Assembly (NCBI RefSeq): GCF_006345805.1
Contig: NC_042997.1
Location: forward strand, 157,852,001-157,916,000
From: Octopus sinensis
Lineage: Eukaryota
DNA: 64,000 nucleotides
Direction: 5' to 3'
Position 1 is the first letter of the stretch. Each line of letters begins with the position of its first letter. The position numbers and the translations under genes are program-made. Below the pieces are notes generated by a model. It was not told the DNA's origin and searched no databases. It worked only from the letters and a program-made list of their open reading frames with translations. Positions 12,543 through 26,275 of this stretch are shown here, in pieces.

Positions 12543-13521
12543 ATCTATCAATACATACATACATACATACATACATACATACATACATAATAGAAAAAGA
12601 AGTTTCTAAATAAGAAGGAAGAAAGGCAATTACTTGTGAATAGAAAAATATCTTCATTCACTGCAGTAACAACAACAACAACAACATCCATCGACAACAA
12701 TCTGACATGATAAAAGAAACACAAAGAAGGTGAATTAGAAATGCAATAAAATGGAAGAACAAAGAAGAAGGAATGGAAAAGAAAGTGAACGAACAGAAAG
12801 TTCGAAAGAAAGATTAAACAATGCTACTGATATCCCAAGATTACAACATTAATTATTGCGCAGTCACAAGGAATGTTTTCTACTTTTACAACTACGCATT
12901 ATGTGTGCTTCTCATCGTATTTCCTTGGGTGAATACAAATATTGTCTTTGTTTAGGTTATTATTCATTTCTACTATAGGCACAAGAGCTGAAATTTTGGA
13001 GGATTACGTCGATGATGTCGACCCTATTGCTCAACAGCCACTTATTTTATTGACCCCAAATCCAGCAAAAGATGTTTAGCCAATACATTTTGGGTAATGT
13101 TTCGTTTGTTTGATTGTCAAAGGAAACAGCAGCGAGTATCAAGGGCATATTTGTTGAACTGGTTGATTCCTGAGATATTAAGCAGGGACCAATCCTCAAC
13201 TTGCAGTTTCTAGAATTATAACTACTGAAATCATGTATTTTGTGTGTTGAGATCGTGTCTAAATTTACCCGAGAAGTTTGTGAAATCAATTGTCATGATA
13301 TTGAATCCATATCAGCAATTCTAACTGAAAGCAAAATTCATTACCATGATGTTTAGGTCAGTTTGCAGGATGGCACAAAAATGTATGAACATTTAAAAAA
13401 AAATTCGGATAGCATATCAAAATGGATTTTTCCGACTGATTTCTTATATTACAAATTCCTCAATGGAATGTAATTTTCAAAGAGATCAAATCACACACAC
13501 ACAGACACAGACACACACACG

Positions 13522-13553
<32 letters not shown>

Positions 13554-13607
13554 CATACACACACACACAAATATTTTAATTGTATATGGTAAATACTTTT
13601 CAGTTTT

Positions 13608-14006
13608 TTATTTCTTTATTGCACACAAGGAGCTGAACATAGAGGGAACAAGCAAGGACAGACAAAGGGATTAAGTCGATTGCATTGACCCCAGTATGTA
13701 ACTGGTACTTAACTTATCGACTCCGAAATCATGAAAGGTAAAGCCGACCTCGGCATAATTTGAACTTAGAACGTAAAGACAGACGAAATATCTATTTCTT
13801 TACTATCCACAAGGGGCTAAACACAGAGAGGACAAACAAGGACAGACAAACGGATTAAGTTGATTATATCGACACCAGTGCGTAACTGGTACTTATTTAA
13901 TCGACAATTTGACCTCGGCGGAATTTGAACTCAGAACGTAGCGGCAGACGAAATACGGCTAAGCATGTCGCCCAGTATGCTAAAGATTCTGCCAGCTCGC
14001 TGCCTT
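13608..14006 (-). mobile_element. SINE family B dimer flanked by an 18-bp TSD
   Basis: Two head-to-tail copies with the motif GCCTTTCATCCTTTCGGGGTCGATAAATTAAGTACCAG (variants); taaatacttttcagtttt occurs at 13590-13607 and 14007-14024. Confidence 0.85.
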
Positions 14007-15174
14007 TAAATACTTTTCAGTTTCGTTAGATTCAATACATTGTTCATATAGAGTTGATTAATGGAAAAACGAACAAGTATTTAAAAAATGTATATTTTTT
14101 TTATTGTAAGATGTTGAAAATATGTAAATTTATTATTCAGTTTTAATTATATTGTTATTCATTGAAAAGTGAAAGAAATTTGAATATGATGATTACTTAA
14201 TGAACTTTATATATACACTTTATATAATTTATGCACAATTTTATAAACTTATTACACAGCACTCATAAAATAAATATTCACTCTTACTTTTGTATTTTCC
14301 CCATAAAAAATACCCCGTACATATAATACAACCTTTACTTAAATTGCATATATCTGCTACGTAAATAGGCTTGAATATTTCACGGAATTGCAGTTATGCG
14401 CATGCGTTAAGTGATAGGTGATATTAAAAAAAATTATTTCAATTTAAAAAAATATATATACTTTTCACTATCCACCACCTCCATCTCCATCACTACTGCA
14501 ACCACTGTCACTACCACTATCATCATCTCTCTCTCCTTTTTATCTCCCCTCTCTTTCCATCCTTTCTCTCCCCACTTTCTCTCCCCCTCTCTCTCTCCCA
14601 TCTCTCTCTGTGTGCCTCTCTTTAACCTCACCATCAGAACATCACCCCATCTGCTAAAATTATATTTTAAACTCTCCTCCTCTATTATCAACTAACTTTT
14701 TAAACTTCATAATAAATATAATGTTCCCCTTACCTCACGTCATGGACGCTTCTCTCTCCCTCTTTTCTGTCTTCCTCTTTCTGTCTCATTCTTCACCTTA
14801 TCCTCTTTTTCTCTCTTCTTTTCTTTCTCACTCTTTTTCTCTAATCACGTGGAAGCTTTACCGAAGGCCTAAGTAACACAATGACAAGCGAAATTATTAT
14901 AAGATATGCAGTTGCCTATTTAAAATGATGGCTACTGCTCTTAAGTTATATCATATCATGTACCCAGGCCAATTCCCCATTTTTTTAGGAGGCAGTAACC
15001 ACAGGAAGACACAAACCAGACATTCCATTCATTTTCCAGCTCAAAGGGGCGAGCCCCGTTCTATGTTCGGGTCAAGGCATAGAACGCAACTCTCAATATC
15101 AGCAGCGGGTCCCGACAGCATATCCTGGTTTCCCCTACTCTTAAGTATCTCCTAGGAAATACAAAAATAAGTAA

Positions 15175-15480
15175 TATATTGTGTGGTTAGAAGCTTACCT
15201 CCCAACGCAATGCTCCGAGTTCAGTCTCTGTGCGTGGTAACTTGGTCGAATGTCTTCTACTTCAGCCTCGGACCGACCGAAGCCATGTGAGTGGATTTGG
15301 TAGACGGAAATAGAAAGAAGCCCCCGATATATATATATATATACATGTATGTGTGTGTGTTTGTCATAAAGTACTAGGTTTTAAAAAAATGTTGTCCTGG
15401 AGTCGTTTGTTCGACAAAACTCTTCAAGGCAGTATCCCAGCATGGCCGCAGTCAAATGACAGAAAGAAGTAAAAGATAAA
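15175..15480 (+). mobile_element. SINE family A, diverged
   Basis: gtgtggttagaagcttacctccc…cttggtcgaatgtcttctac…gagtggatttggtagacggaaa…catggccgcagtcaaatgac. Confidence 0.75.
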
Positions 15481-15527
15481 AGATGAATCAACATTGAAAG
15501 GCATATTGAAGAATAAGTGAGTCAACA

Positions 15528-15905
15528 TACGAAGGTTGGCTGAAAAGTTGAATGGCTGACCAAGATATTATCATGCAATGTGACCAAATGAGGTTTATTT
15601 TTCAACGGAGTCTCCACTGCGGTCCTCATATTTCTTCTTCCGGGGTTTTTTAATCCTATTGGTGAAGAAGCTTTCATGCTCTTGGTCAAAATAGTCATGA
15701 AGAGCAGATATGATGTCACTATCACTGCGATACTGTTTCCCAGCCAAGGGGAACAAATGATAGTCAGATGGGGCTTAATCGGAATAACAGGGTCAGAGAT
15801 CAACCAGTTCAGTCACAGCAGCCATTGCAACCAAGAAATTGGGTGCTGGAGCATGAGCATTGTCTTGATGAAATAAGACCCCTTTCGTCCGTTTTGCTGG
15901 CTGTT
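15528..15905 (-). mobile_element. Mariner transposon remnant (3' part of DD34D transposase plus TIR)
   Basis: Minus-strand frame reads KGSY/VLFHQDNAHAP…APSDYHLFP…; a TIR-like TACGAAGGTTGGCTGAAAAGTT starts near 15528. Confidence 0.75.
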
Positions 15906-17482
15906 TAGTCTTGGTAGCCTTTAGCCTCAACAATTTTACATAGTACTCCCCACTGACCAATACGAAAATAACATTTTCATATCAGTCATTCGCTTGAAAA
16001 TGTTTATCACTTTAGTATTAACAGAGAAAGCTTCCACAGTGTGTAACAGCATGAGATTAGAATGTCTCTTCTCGTCACAGTTTGTATTTAAATAATTCAA
16101 ACTATTGAAAAGGGAGTCCTACGATTGCTTTTGTTACCGGAAGCGTAGCATAAATTATCGGCAACTAAATTATACACAACTGGAACGACAAGATAAATAT
16201 AATTTATTTTGACACAATTGAAGATGGATTTCAAGTAATTTCTTAGTAGTGTGTAGGATGAGTAACCGTCAATTCTGTCTAAAGTTTGGTATCTTCTTCA
16301 AAAGAATACACGTTGCGGAGAGTATTTAGATGTTGGTCTTTATACCTGTTACTTAGGCAGCACTTGACTTCCAGTTTAGTGGCACAATTAGACTATGCAG
16401 CAACGTTAGAATTTTCTCGGGTTTTGTAGTTTCTTTTAAATCACTTGAACAAATGTATTCAGAAATGTGGAATAAAATTTTTCACGTGATAGAAATCCTT
16501 CAAACTATGATTGCCTTGAATTCTTTATCTTTCCTTAACTAATTAAATCTCTTCAGTATACATCAATGATTGTACATGTAATGCATTATAGAAGAACAGT
16601 TTAATTTTCCCCCATATAGGACCTGAGCCATGTAGGGAACATCTGGTCTTTCATTCATAAGAAAGAAATAGTCTGTTGCTACTCATTGAACAGTTCAAGG
16701 AAGTTTCGTCTCTTTAAATTTGATACTTATGTAACATGTGAGAATAATAACGAAAGAAAAACAATGTTAAACTTAGTCGAATGGCTATATCTCGGCCGTA
16801 CAACACTTGTAAATTTCAGGACAATGTTAAAATACAACCAAATTTCAATGACTTTATTAATTTTTAATGAAAATTGTATTGTTTTTAAAAAATCAATTTC
16901 AGATTAAAAGTGTTAACGTATTGATATGTTGTTTAATTCATTATTTATTAGTTTTAAAAAAAATGTTAATTTTAGTCGTTGCACATTGGTGACTGCACTA
17001 AGCCGGATATTTTTACATAGTGATTTTGTAATAGGAAAATCAGCGACAGAAAAGAACATGCGCTAGTAACTTGTATTCTATAAGATTATATTTTTGAAAT
17101 TAAGCTAAAAGGGCACTTGACATGAAGAAAAAAAAAGACCAGGTCTTAAGCAAACGGATTCAACTCTCTGTGTATTTATGTTGGATAATGTGACCAGAGG
17201 TACACGATATCCGAAAACTCCAGAAATTAGTAAAGATGATCATATCTCTAAATTTCATTCGATAATAAGAATGTGGCTGTTTCATACATAAACATACTAA
17301 TGGATTAAAACTAAAAAGCCTCTTGCTATAATGTAGCTACGGGCTGACATTCCCTGCGTTACGTGTATTTAAGACCCAAATTTTTTCATTGCTACTAGCG
17401 AACATTTTCGATATACTCAAAATATTTTTCTCCTACTCACTTCTCTTGCTAGTTTATGCTGAAGATTACGTCCCTATTTCTT

Positions 17483-17717
17483 ATTTCTTTATTGCCCACT
17501 AGGGGCTAAAGATAGAGGGGACAAACAAGGAGAGATGAAGAGATTAAGTCGATTACACCGACCCTAGTGCGTAACTGATACTTAATTTATCGACCCCGAA
17601 AGGATGAAAGGTAAAGTCGACATCGGCGGAATTTGAACTCAGAACGTAACGGCAGACGAAATCCCACTAAGCATTTCGCCCGGCGTGCTAACGTTTCTGC
17701 CAGCACTCTGCCCTATT
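17483..17717 (-). mobile_element. SINE family B with a 17-bp TSD
   Basis: Full head-to-tail copy; ttacgtccctatttctt occurs at 17466-17482 and 17718-17734. Confidence 0.85.
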
Positions 17718-18000
17718 TTACGTCCCTATTTCTTTAAACAATATCAATATACTATTCCAAAAGACTTATTCAATACACTTATTTAGCGTTCAAAATTTCA
17801 CTGTTAGCCTAAAATATTATGATAACCTGCACATCTACTTTTCATAAGACCGTGTTTCATATTCTTAGATTGTCCTCATTAAGTTAGTAAGCTTTAAACA
17901 GACGACCACATAAACGTTTGTCTTCTTTAGAAAATATAATTATACTCTGAAATTCAGGTTTTCAAACTGTTCAAGAAACATTTATTAATGGTATATAAAC

Positions 18001-18235
18001 AGGCAGCGAGCTGGCAGAAACGTTAGCACGTCGGACGAATTGCGTAGCCGTATTTCGTCTGCCGTTACGTTCTGAGTTCAAATTCCGCCGCGGTCGACTT
18101 TTCCTTTCATCCTTTCGGGGTCGATTAATTAAGTACCAGTTACGCACTGGGGTCGATGTAATCGACTTAATACCTATGTCTGTCCTTGTTTGTCCCCTCT
18201 GTGTTTAGCCCCTTGTGGGTAATAAAGAAATAGGT
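18001..18235 (+). mobile_element. SINE family B, full length
   Basis: gagctggcagaaacgttagcacg…ttctgagttcaaattccgcc…tcatcctttcggggtcgat…aataaagaaatagg. Confidence 0.85.
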
Positions 18236-18544
18236 ATTACTTAAGTATTTTTATTTATTTTTGGCTTTCACTGTACACCCATCTTTGTGAATTTTTTTGC
18301 TACTGTACTGGAAATTCTCTACCCATGGAGTGTGCAGTGCCTTGTAGCACTATTTTCTCTGTGTAATATACATTGCTTAAAGCTTGAGATTTTGGTTATA
18401 CATTTGTCTGCAGCATTTTGTGATCAATCCCAGGCAGCTGTTACTTGTTACTATAGGAAATGCTTCTGCTTTTAGTCCCCAGAACTTGCTTACCGCTATT
18501 TCTAAGTTTTTATATGTCGATAGTTTCTTCTTCATTTTATTTTC

Positions 18545-18670
18545 CGAGATATATTATCATCCGATAAGACTGATACACCAATCAGGAAACTCCATTTCCT
18601 GATGGTCCTTGAGAACGATATCCGGTCGATTTATCTTGATCTCTTTCTTCCAGAGTATAGTCACTTTTGT
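18545..18670 (-). mobile_element. R4/Dong RLE endonuclease fragment
   Basis: Minus-strand frame KVTILWKKEIKINRPDIVLKDHQE matches the TILWD…REIKANRPDIVVRDHEE segment of the other copies. Confidence 0.65.
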
Positions 18671-18823
18671 TCTGTAAGATCATTATTCTGTTGTATGTTT
18701 ATACTGATGTATGTTTATTCTGACGTATGTTTATATCACGTTTCTGTTGGCACTTCATGATGTTGCCATAATTTCTAGTGTAAGAATGCTATCATACCTG
18801 CATAAGTGAAGTTTTAGCATCAG

Positions 18824-18921
<98 letters not shown>

Positions 18922-18947
18922 TATATATGTATATATACATATATATA

Positions 18948-19528
<581 letters not shown>

Positions 19529-20574
19529 TATATATACATACGTTTGATACACGTACGATGGGATCTCAGATATATAATCTAGTGAGTGGAGAACTGTCCT
19601 CTATTTGTAGCAGCCGGACCAAAGGTAATTCACTCTCAAGACCTCAACTGCGGATCATGTGAATGAAGTCACCTCAAAATCCATCAATAACTCTAAAAAA
19701 CAACAACCGAAAACCATAATTCTCAACTTCATGGGACAGCTACAACGATATATGTTTAATGTAGCCGTTGGTTATGGCCTATCAGAATGATACCATTGGT
19801 TTCGCGCTTATAATGTTCTTAGCAACACCGGAAACGCATCAGATCCACTGGCCGGAGGCACATAACGTCTTTACAATTGAAGGAAAGAATATAGTCAAGT
19901 TCAGCCAAGGTTGTAAAAAAAAAAAATCTTCGAAGCAAAACCCTTTCTAGGTGAGACGGAGTTAACTCCCTTTGACAGTTCTAGGTCTGTCCAAAAGAGG
20001 GCTGTTTATGTTCGATTTCCGTAATATATGTATGTGTGTGTGTGTGTGTGTGTATGCATACGTGTGTGTATTTATATGCATACATACGACAGACAGACAG
20101 ACACAGACACACGCAAGGAGAAATGCATTAAGTGCAAATAATTACGCGAATATTTGTACATATTTACTCACACTCATTGTAAACACATCCCAGTTTTCAA
20201 TTGAACACCTACATAAAATGATTATTTCTGTGCATCATTCCAGTTATTCTAAATAAAGAATATACATGTTTAAACTTATTTCTTTGTGATTCTCTTTGTG
20301 CAGGACTAAAATTTGCACAACGCTTATGACTTGAAATAGAATTTATTAATCTAAGATAATTTGAAGTACAAATAGTTTGTAGATAGCTGGTGGGTATTCG
20401 TTAATCTCATTTTAAAATGTATTTAGGTACAATTCAACTTCATTGAAGTATATCAATGAAGCTTTTGATGCAATTTTTCTCGTCTCTATCATTATGTTTC
20501 GCGTTTATTTTGAGAAGATATACAATTGAGAATAATGCCAGAAAACAAAAATTAACATGTATCATGCATATATT

Positions 20575-20740
20575 GAAATCATCGTGTCTGTGTGGTGATA
20601 AATTTGATTCCCATCCATATGGTTCCAGGTTGAGTCCCATTGTTAGGCATTTTGGGCAAGTGTCTTTAACTATAGACTCGGGTCGATCAAAGCCTTGTGA
20701 GTGGATTCCGTAGGCGAAGACTGAAAGAAGCCTGTCGTAT
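20575..20740 (+). mobile_element. SINE family A head/core
   Basis: catatggttccaggttgagtcccattg…ttgggcaagtgtctt…aaagccttgtgagtggatt…gaaagaagcctgtcgtatat. Confidence 0.75.
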
Positions 20741-20839
20741 ATATATATATACACGTAAGTCGTCTAAGAAACCATAAGTCAGGGCAAAGATGCACTTGTA
20801 TACCTGTCAGTAGAGTAGGTAAATTACCTGAAATGAATA

Positions 20840-21078
20840 GTATTAAATATCCATCACGGCTGATCTTACAAATCGGTTTAGCGTAAATAATACAATGGAG
20901 TGTTAGGTAACAATCCGTTAATATAATTTTTCGCTCATCAGAGTTAGCCGACATGGAAGGAAATATCGGCTAGCTCTGATGAGTGTAAAGTTTTATAATC
21001 GGATTGTTACCTAACACTCCATTGTATTCTTTACGCGAAACCGATTGGTAAGATCAGCCCTGGTTGATATGTAATACT
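20840..21078. repeat. Fold-back element (inverted PLE-type termini) near (TA)n tracts
   Basis: Arms 20840-20951 and 20964-21078 are imperfect inverted copies (ggctgatcttacaaatcggtttagcgtaaa… / …tttacgcgaaaccgattggtaagatcagcc). Confidence 0.85.
20968..21059 (+). ncRNA. Type I hammerhead ribozyme
   Basis: CTGATGA at 20976-20982; stem II GTGTAAAG/CTTTACGC closing a long loop; GAAA at 21037-21040; stem III ACCGATTGGT; GUA at 21048-21050; stem I GGCTAGCT/AGATCAGCC with an internal loop. Confidence 0.8.
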
Positions 21079-21093
21079 ATATATGACACAGAA

Positions 21094-21133
<40 letters not shown>

Positions 21134-21134
21134 C

Positions 21135-21770
21135 ATACACAGGTGGAGGTAATAAAATGTAACTGCAAACGTTCTCTGTGGGACAAACCCGTTGTAATTC
21201 AGGCTCTCGCCGCTAGAAGCCACTGGATGTGACCCTCAGACATCAGTATGCCGACTGGCATCGTCGAGTGAAGTCGTACTGCTACGTGGTGCATCTTTGT
21301 TTTACAGTGCTTCTCCCTTGATCGTTGATTTTTGTGATGGCTGAAACGAAGGAACTATGTACTTCCGTGAAATTCTGTTTTCTGCCGGGAAGAACGGCGG
21401 CTGAAACAGTTGTCATGCTTCAGACAGATTACAAGGAAGCTGTGCCATGAGCAAAATACAAATATACGAGTGGTTTTTCACACTTTAGGACTGGTCACTT
21501 GTTGCTTGAGGACCAACGAAAGAAAACAGCATGAAGAGTCATGAACTGATCTTGGAAGACTGTCACTGAACAATTGACGAACATGTTGATATGGCTAGTG
21601 TGTTCTGGAGCTGCTGCCAAAGAATTTTGAGTGAGGAATTGTGAATGAAAAGAGTTGCAACAAAATCTATGCCTTGCTTGTTCACGGAAGGTCAAAATCA
21701 GAGATGACTGAATGCGTGTCGTGAACTGAAAGGACAGTTGGAAATGGATCCTGCTTCTTAACCACACAAC
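21135..21770 (+). mobile_element. Mariner transposon remnant (5' end and N-terminal HTH)
   Basis: From ATG 21337: MAETKELCTSVKFCFLPGRTAAETVVMLQTDYKEA…KIQIYEWF…GHLLLEDQR…ILSEEL*MKRVATKSMPCLFTE…CRELKGQLEMDP. Confidence 0.85.
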
Positions 21771-23721
21771 CATGAGCCTACTCATAAAGACATTCAATCG
21801 CACTATATACATTATATATATATATATTATATATACTATATACATTATATATATATATATTATATATATAGAGAGAGAGGGGGATATAAATGGAGCAAAA
21901 ATGCCGGAGAATCTGTATACACCACGTAGCAAAATTATGAAGTGAAAATATGTAGAAACCATATAAAAAGGAAAGAGAAATGCCTTCATTTCACACAGTT
22001 TTAATATCTTTTTATAAAAAAAATATATATACATATTTTATGGATAGTAAGAGTCTCATAAAATGAAGTGATATACAACCGGTTTACGCTATTTATCTAT
22101 CTACAACAACCATCAGAACAAAACACCTTAAAAAGAAGAAAAAGAAGAAAAACTTATTTGCTCACCCACGAAACATTCAAATCATTCTTCAAATATCCTT
22201 GAATATTTTGTGATGATAGCGGCGATGGTGCTGTGTTCTTATATCTTATGGCAGAGCTGCACAATAAATAAACAAATAAATAAAATTAAAAAATAAAAGG
22301 AATTTTAACCTGTTTTGTTGGTAATACTAATTCGGTCGCATGTATGGTGATATTGACCGCGCTCTGACTGAGTCGGCTTAGACATGAAAAAGCATTCGTT
22401 CGGAAATGAAGACGTGTAAGAATAGGAAATTGATTTCGAATAGACAGGGAATGAGTGTCTGATAATTTAAATGCTACGGTGTTCAGTGACGTACTTTATA
22501 ACGTCATGCAGTATTTCAATATATTATACAAATATTTCCTCCTTTTCTTTTTTTTTTTTTGATGGTATGAGATGCGATATGAGGGACATTTGGCAACTCT
22601 TTCTAGCTGGTCCGACGACCACAATGAATCTTCTATTTTGGTTCAACATTTTTTTTTCTTTTAGTCAGGAGGGAAGGCTTAATCCGCCAATCTTTTCAGG
22701 GACTTCGTTTGAGATAAATAGGAGGAAGTAAATGGTTTTCAAACGGGAGACCTGGCCTAAATGCTTGTTAGTAGGCTATGGCTGGATTTGATCTCAGAAC
22801 GCAAAGAGCTGGAGCAAATACTGCAAGACATTTAGCCCGACATTCTTACTGTTCCACTGATTCACAGGTTTGGATTAATATGTATTTTTATGTACCAATT
22901 TCCGAAAGGAAGTAAGTTGTGGAGTTACTTTCTGCATGCTTGCATTCTTCATGCTTATCTGGGAAGAATAGGAAAAATAGTGCTCTGTGGTTGTTTATTT
23001 GTCCGGGTGTTTAGGAGTGGTTTTTATTCAATTCATATAGTTACAGGATTATTAGGCTTAAAGATAATTGCCGCAACAAACGATGCCCCTCGTAGACCTA
23101 TGAGATGATTCAATTGATTTTTGTTTCGTTATATAAGAAATCTGTTATGATTCGTAGCGCTCTGTTTTGTCTCTTTTATTTGTGGCATGTTGAGCTTATT
23201 TTCGAGAGAATGGAGAACCAGTTGGGTATGGTGCATGATGGATCAGTGTGGGTTGCTAGTGGTGTTGTTTAACTCCAGGCCAATGCTGAACCAGTTAACC
23301 TATGATCAATGACCACCAGGCAAACTCGTCTTATCTATCGATGTATGTAATGTATCTGTTCTTTTTTTAAGACGGTAGGTTGTATTTTGCGAGAGACTGA
23401 GCTGCTATTTTTAGCATGTTGAGTAACTAGTTAGATGGTGCAGGCAAAATTCATCAGCCTTTAAATTCGATTATCACTGACGATATTTCTAAATGCCCTT
23501 ATGAAAAGAAGAGTTTAAACCTTCAGACTAAAACAGTAATTTAATAGAAATTGTATACGTCCCTAAGAATTTATTAAAAAATCATTAAGTAATCAAGCTT
23601 AGATGCATATATCACAGGTTCTTATGCAGATTCCGTTAGGCTCTGGCACTAAAATGTTACGCATTACTGATATAAAGGCTCTTTCATGCTAGTGGTTAAA
23701 TACCATGATTAAAGTGATTCA

Positions 23722-23819
<98 letters not shown>

Positions 23820-24624
23820 AAATATTAGGGAATAAATCCAAACTTACAGGGAAAAATCAGATTTAGGATTGAATCTAATTTTATAGTAAAATATTTTATA
23901 GTAAAATATTATAAATTATCTTTTTTTAATAATTTTGATATATATTTAAATAATATAAATTAATTAATCTTATGTATTGGCTTAAGTTTTTCATTGTATG
24001 ATTTGCCTAATAGTGGTTTTATCTCTAATTTAATATAATATAATATATATATATATAGATATACTGGCTAGGATAAATGACATTGCTGTGGTTATTAAAG
24101 CAATGCTCACAAATACCTATGGATGAAATCTGCAGTTTGTGCCTGGGGCATTCATATCTATTAAATTTTCTCTTTTGTAAAATAAAAAAAAAATAAAACG
24201 AGATCAATTCATATTCTGTAGCTGATTCTAACGTCAAAGCTAGCCATTAAATTGATAACAAAAAAAAATGAGGAAAAACATAATTGATCCAATCCAGTCT
24301 GGTTACAATTGCCAGATGTTAAATTCTCTGGCTAAGGCGACAAAGCAATGTCCCGGCATAACCTCCGTCAAAGCTTATAATTCACTCTGTCGTTACACCG
24401 TGTTCTGGCTACATGAGATCATAATGACTATATTCATATAATATCTCAAAATATATTGAGATAGATAAATCCAGAGAAAACACGCTTAGATAGCCAGATG
24501 AGCGAAACGTAAAACTCGCAGTTGTGGAAATAAAGTACTTTTTAGTTATAATGTATTTAAAAAATATTCTACATTTAAGTATTGATTTCTGCAATTTATC
24601 GTATTTTGGTGAATCAGCAAAATA

Positions 24625-24689
<65 letters not shown>

Positions 24690-24881
24690 TGCGTGTGTGT
24701 GCGTTTGTGTGTGTGTGTTTATGTTATAATGTGCAGCCAACAATCACTTGTAAATGTCTTCACGTCACTCACCATCCTTTCGCTAATTGTTTTAGGTGCC
24801 TCGGTAGCTGCGAGCAGACTTAGATAGTTTCTTGGGGCCATTCACTCTTTCCCTGCGAAAAATCCAGAATGTGATGGCTGA

Positions 24882-24943
<62 letters not shown>

Positions 24944-25034
24944 TATCGTGTAACAGTTTCCGTTTAACAAATTTAAGTCTATAGTTTTGTTGGAGATTAG
25001 AGTGAGGGAAGACATGGTACAATCACAAACCACA

Positions 25035-25500
25035 GAGAACGACTGCGTAGGAGACTTTTAAAATCCTGTGAGATTTCCCAATTCAAAGAGACCAGGTGCT
25101 TGAATACAACAAACCGGACTTAGTTGTGACAGACAAAGTAGACCATATGTGTTGTTAATTGATGTTGCATGCCAGTTTGACACACAGATATTTAAGAAGA
25201 GAGGCAAGATGTGTACAATCCTCTTAAATAGGAGATAACCCGATTGTGGAAGATGAAAAATGATTATTTTTGGAGCCGTGGGAACAGTATCAAAAGACAT
25301 TGAGAAGATAAAGCAATTGACAATAGTGTGTTCAATAGATCTGTTATAAAATGTTTGCTCCGTTGTTACGTCCAGAATTATCAGAGAAGTAGTACATTAC
25401 TGAAAATAAAATATGGTACCGGAGCAAAAGTATTATGGCAAAGGTTGCAAGTTGGCTACTCAAGCAGGATTCCAGGAGTTCTAACAAAACCTGAGTTAAA
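25035..25500 (+). mobile_element. R4/Dong-clade remnant, lineage 4 (RLE domain plus 3' UTR) ending in (TAA)n
   Basis: KIL.DFPIQRDQVLEYNKPDLVVTDK…IDVACQFD…EITRLWKMK…IFGAVGTV; the tail runs into an (AAT)n tract. Confidence 0.75.
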
Positions 25501-25591
25501 ATAATAAGTAAATAAATAAATAAAATAATAGATAATAATAATGATAATAATAATAATAATGATAATAATAATAATGATAATAATAATAATA

Positions 25592-25630
<39 letters not shown>

Positions 25631-26132
25631 TGGAAGTGTTATCATGTACATTGTTTTGTCTTGGTATAAAAGATGGGCTACAGCAAATATTCTGCTCAAT
25701 ACCACAGATTTGCTTGTCAGTTGTTTGACCATAACCAGTTGAGCATGTCCCTTAGTGGCTGACGATATGTGCATCTCTGATCACGAGCAGAAGTAGTGGG
25801 GGAGCATCATAGCCATGTGTTGAGAGGGATTCTTTGGGGTTTGAATAGTTCACCTCTGGAAACATGGGTGGTTCTTTCAACATGCTTAAACAACCCTTAT
25901 TCAGGGACCGTTTGAGCGGGATGGGCTACTCAACCTGAAGAAAATTCTAACTGGGCCCCACCTGCAAGGTCATGTGCTGTTTATCTTGATATGAGATCAC
26001 CATGTCGCGCACATATGGTTGTGATGCATGTGCCTGGTGTACCTTTATCAGACGGGTAGTCATGATGGGTATATTGGGCTTCGTATATTTTACCCCAGTG
26101 TCACTTTGATGGCATGAACTGCTCTCTCACTC
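25631..26132 (+). mobile_element. ~554-bp TAA-associated non-autonomous element, copy A (5'-truncated)
   Basis: Nearly identical to 27490-28043; (TAA)n on both sides. Confidence 0.85.
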
Positions 26133-26195
26133 AATAATAATAATAATAATTATAATAATAATAATAAATTAATGATATTGATGATGGTGATGATG

Positions 26196-26272
<77 letters not shown>

Positions 26273-26275
<3 letters not shown>

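Noticed and set aside
13047-13289. 80-aa minus-strand ORF
   Set aside because: No recognisable homology or splice signals.
23470-23520. CTGACGA…GAAA spacing
   Set aside because: No stems I, II or III can be formed; chance match.
24490-24520. CAGATGA-GC-GAAACGTA minimal HHR-like string
   Set aside because: The core is mutated, stem II is too short and there is no stem I.
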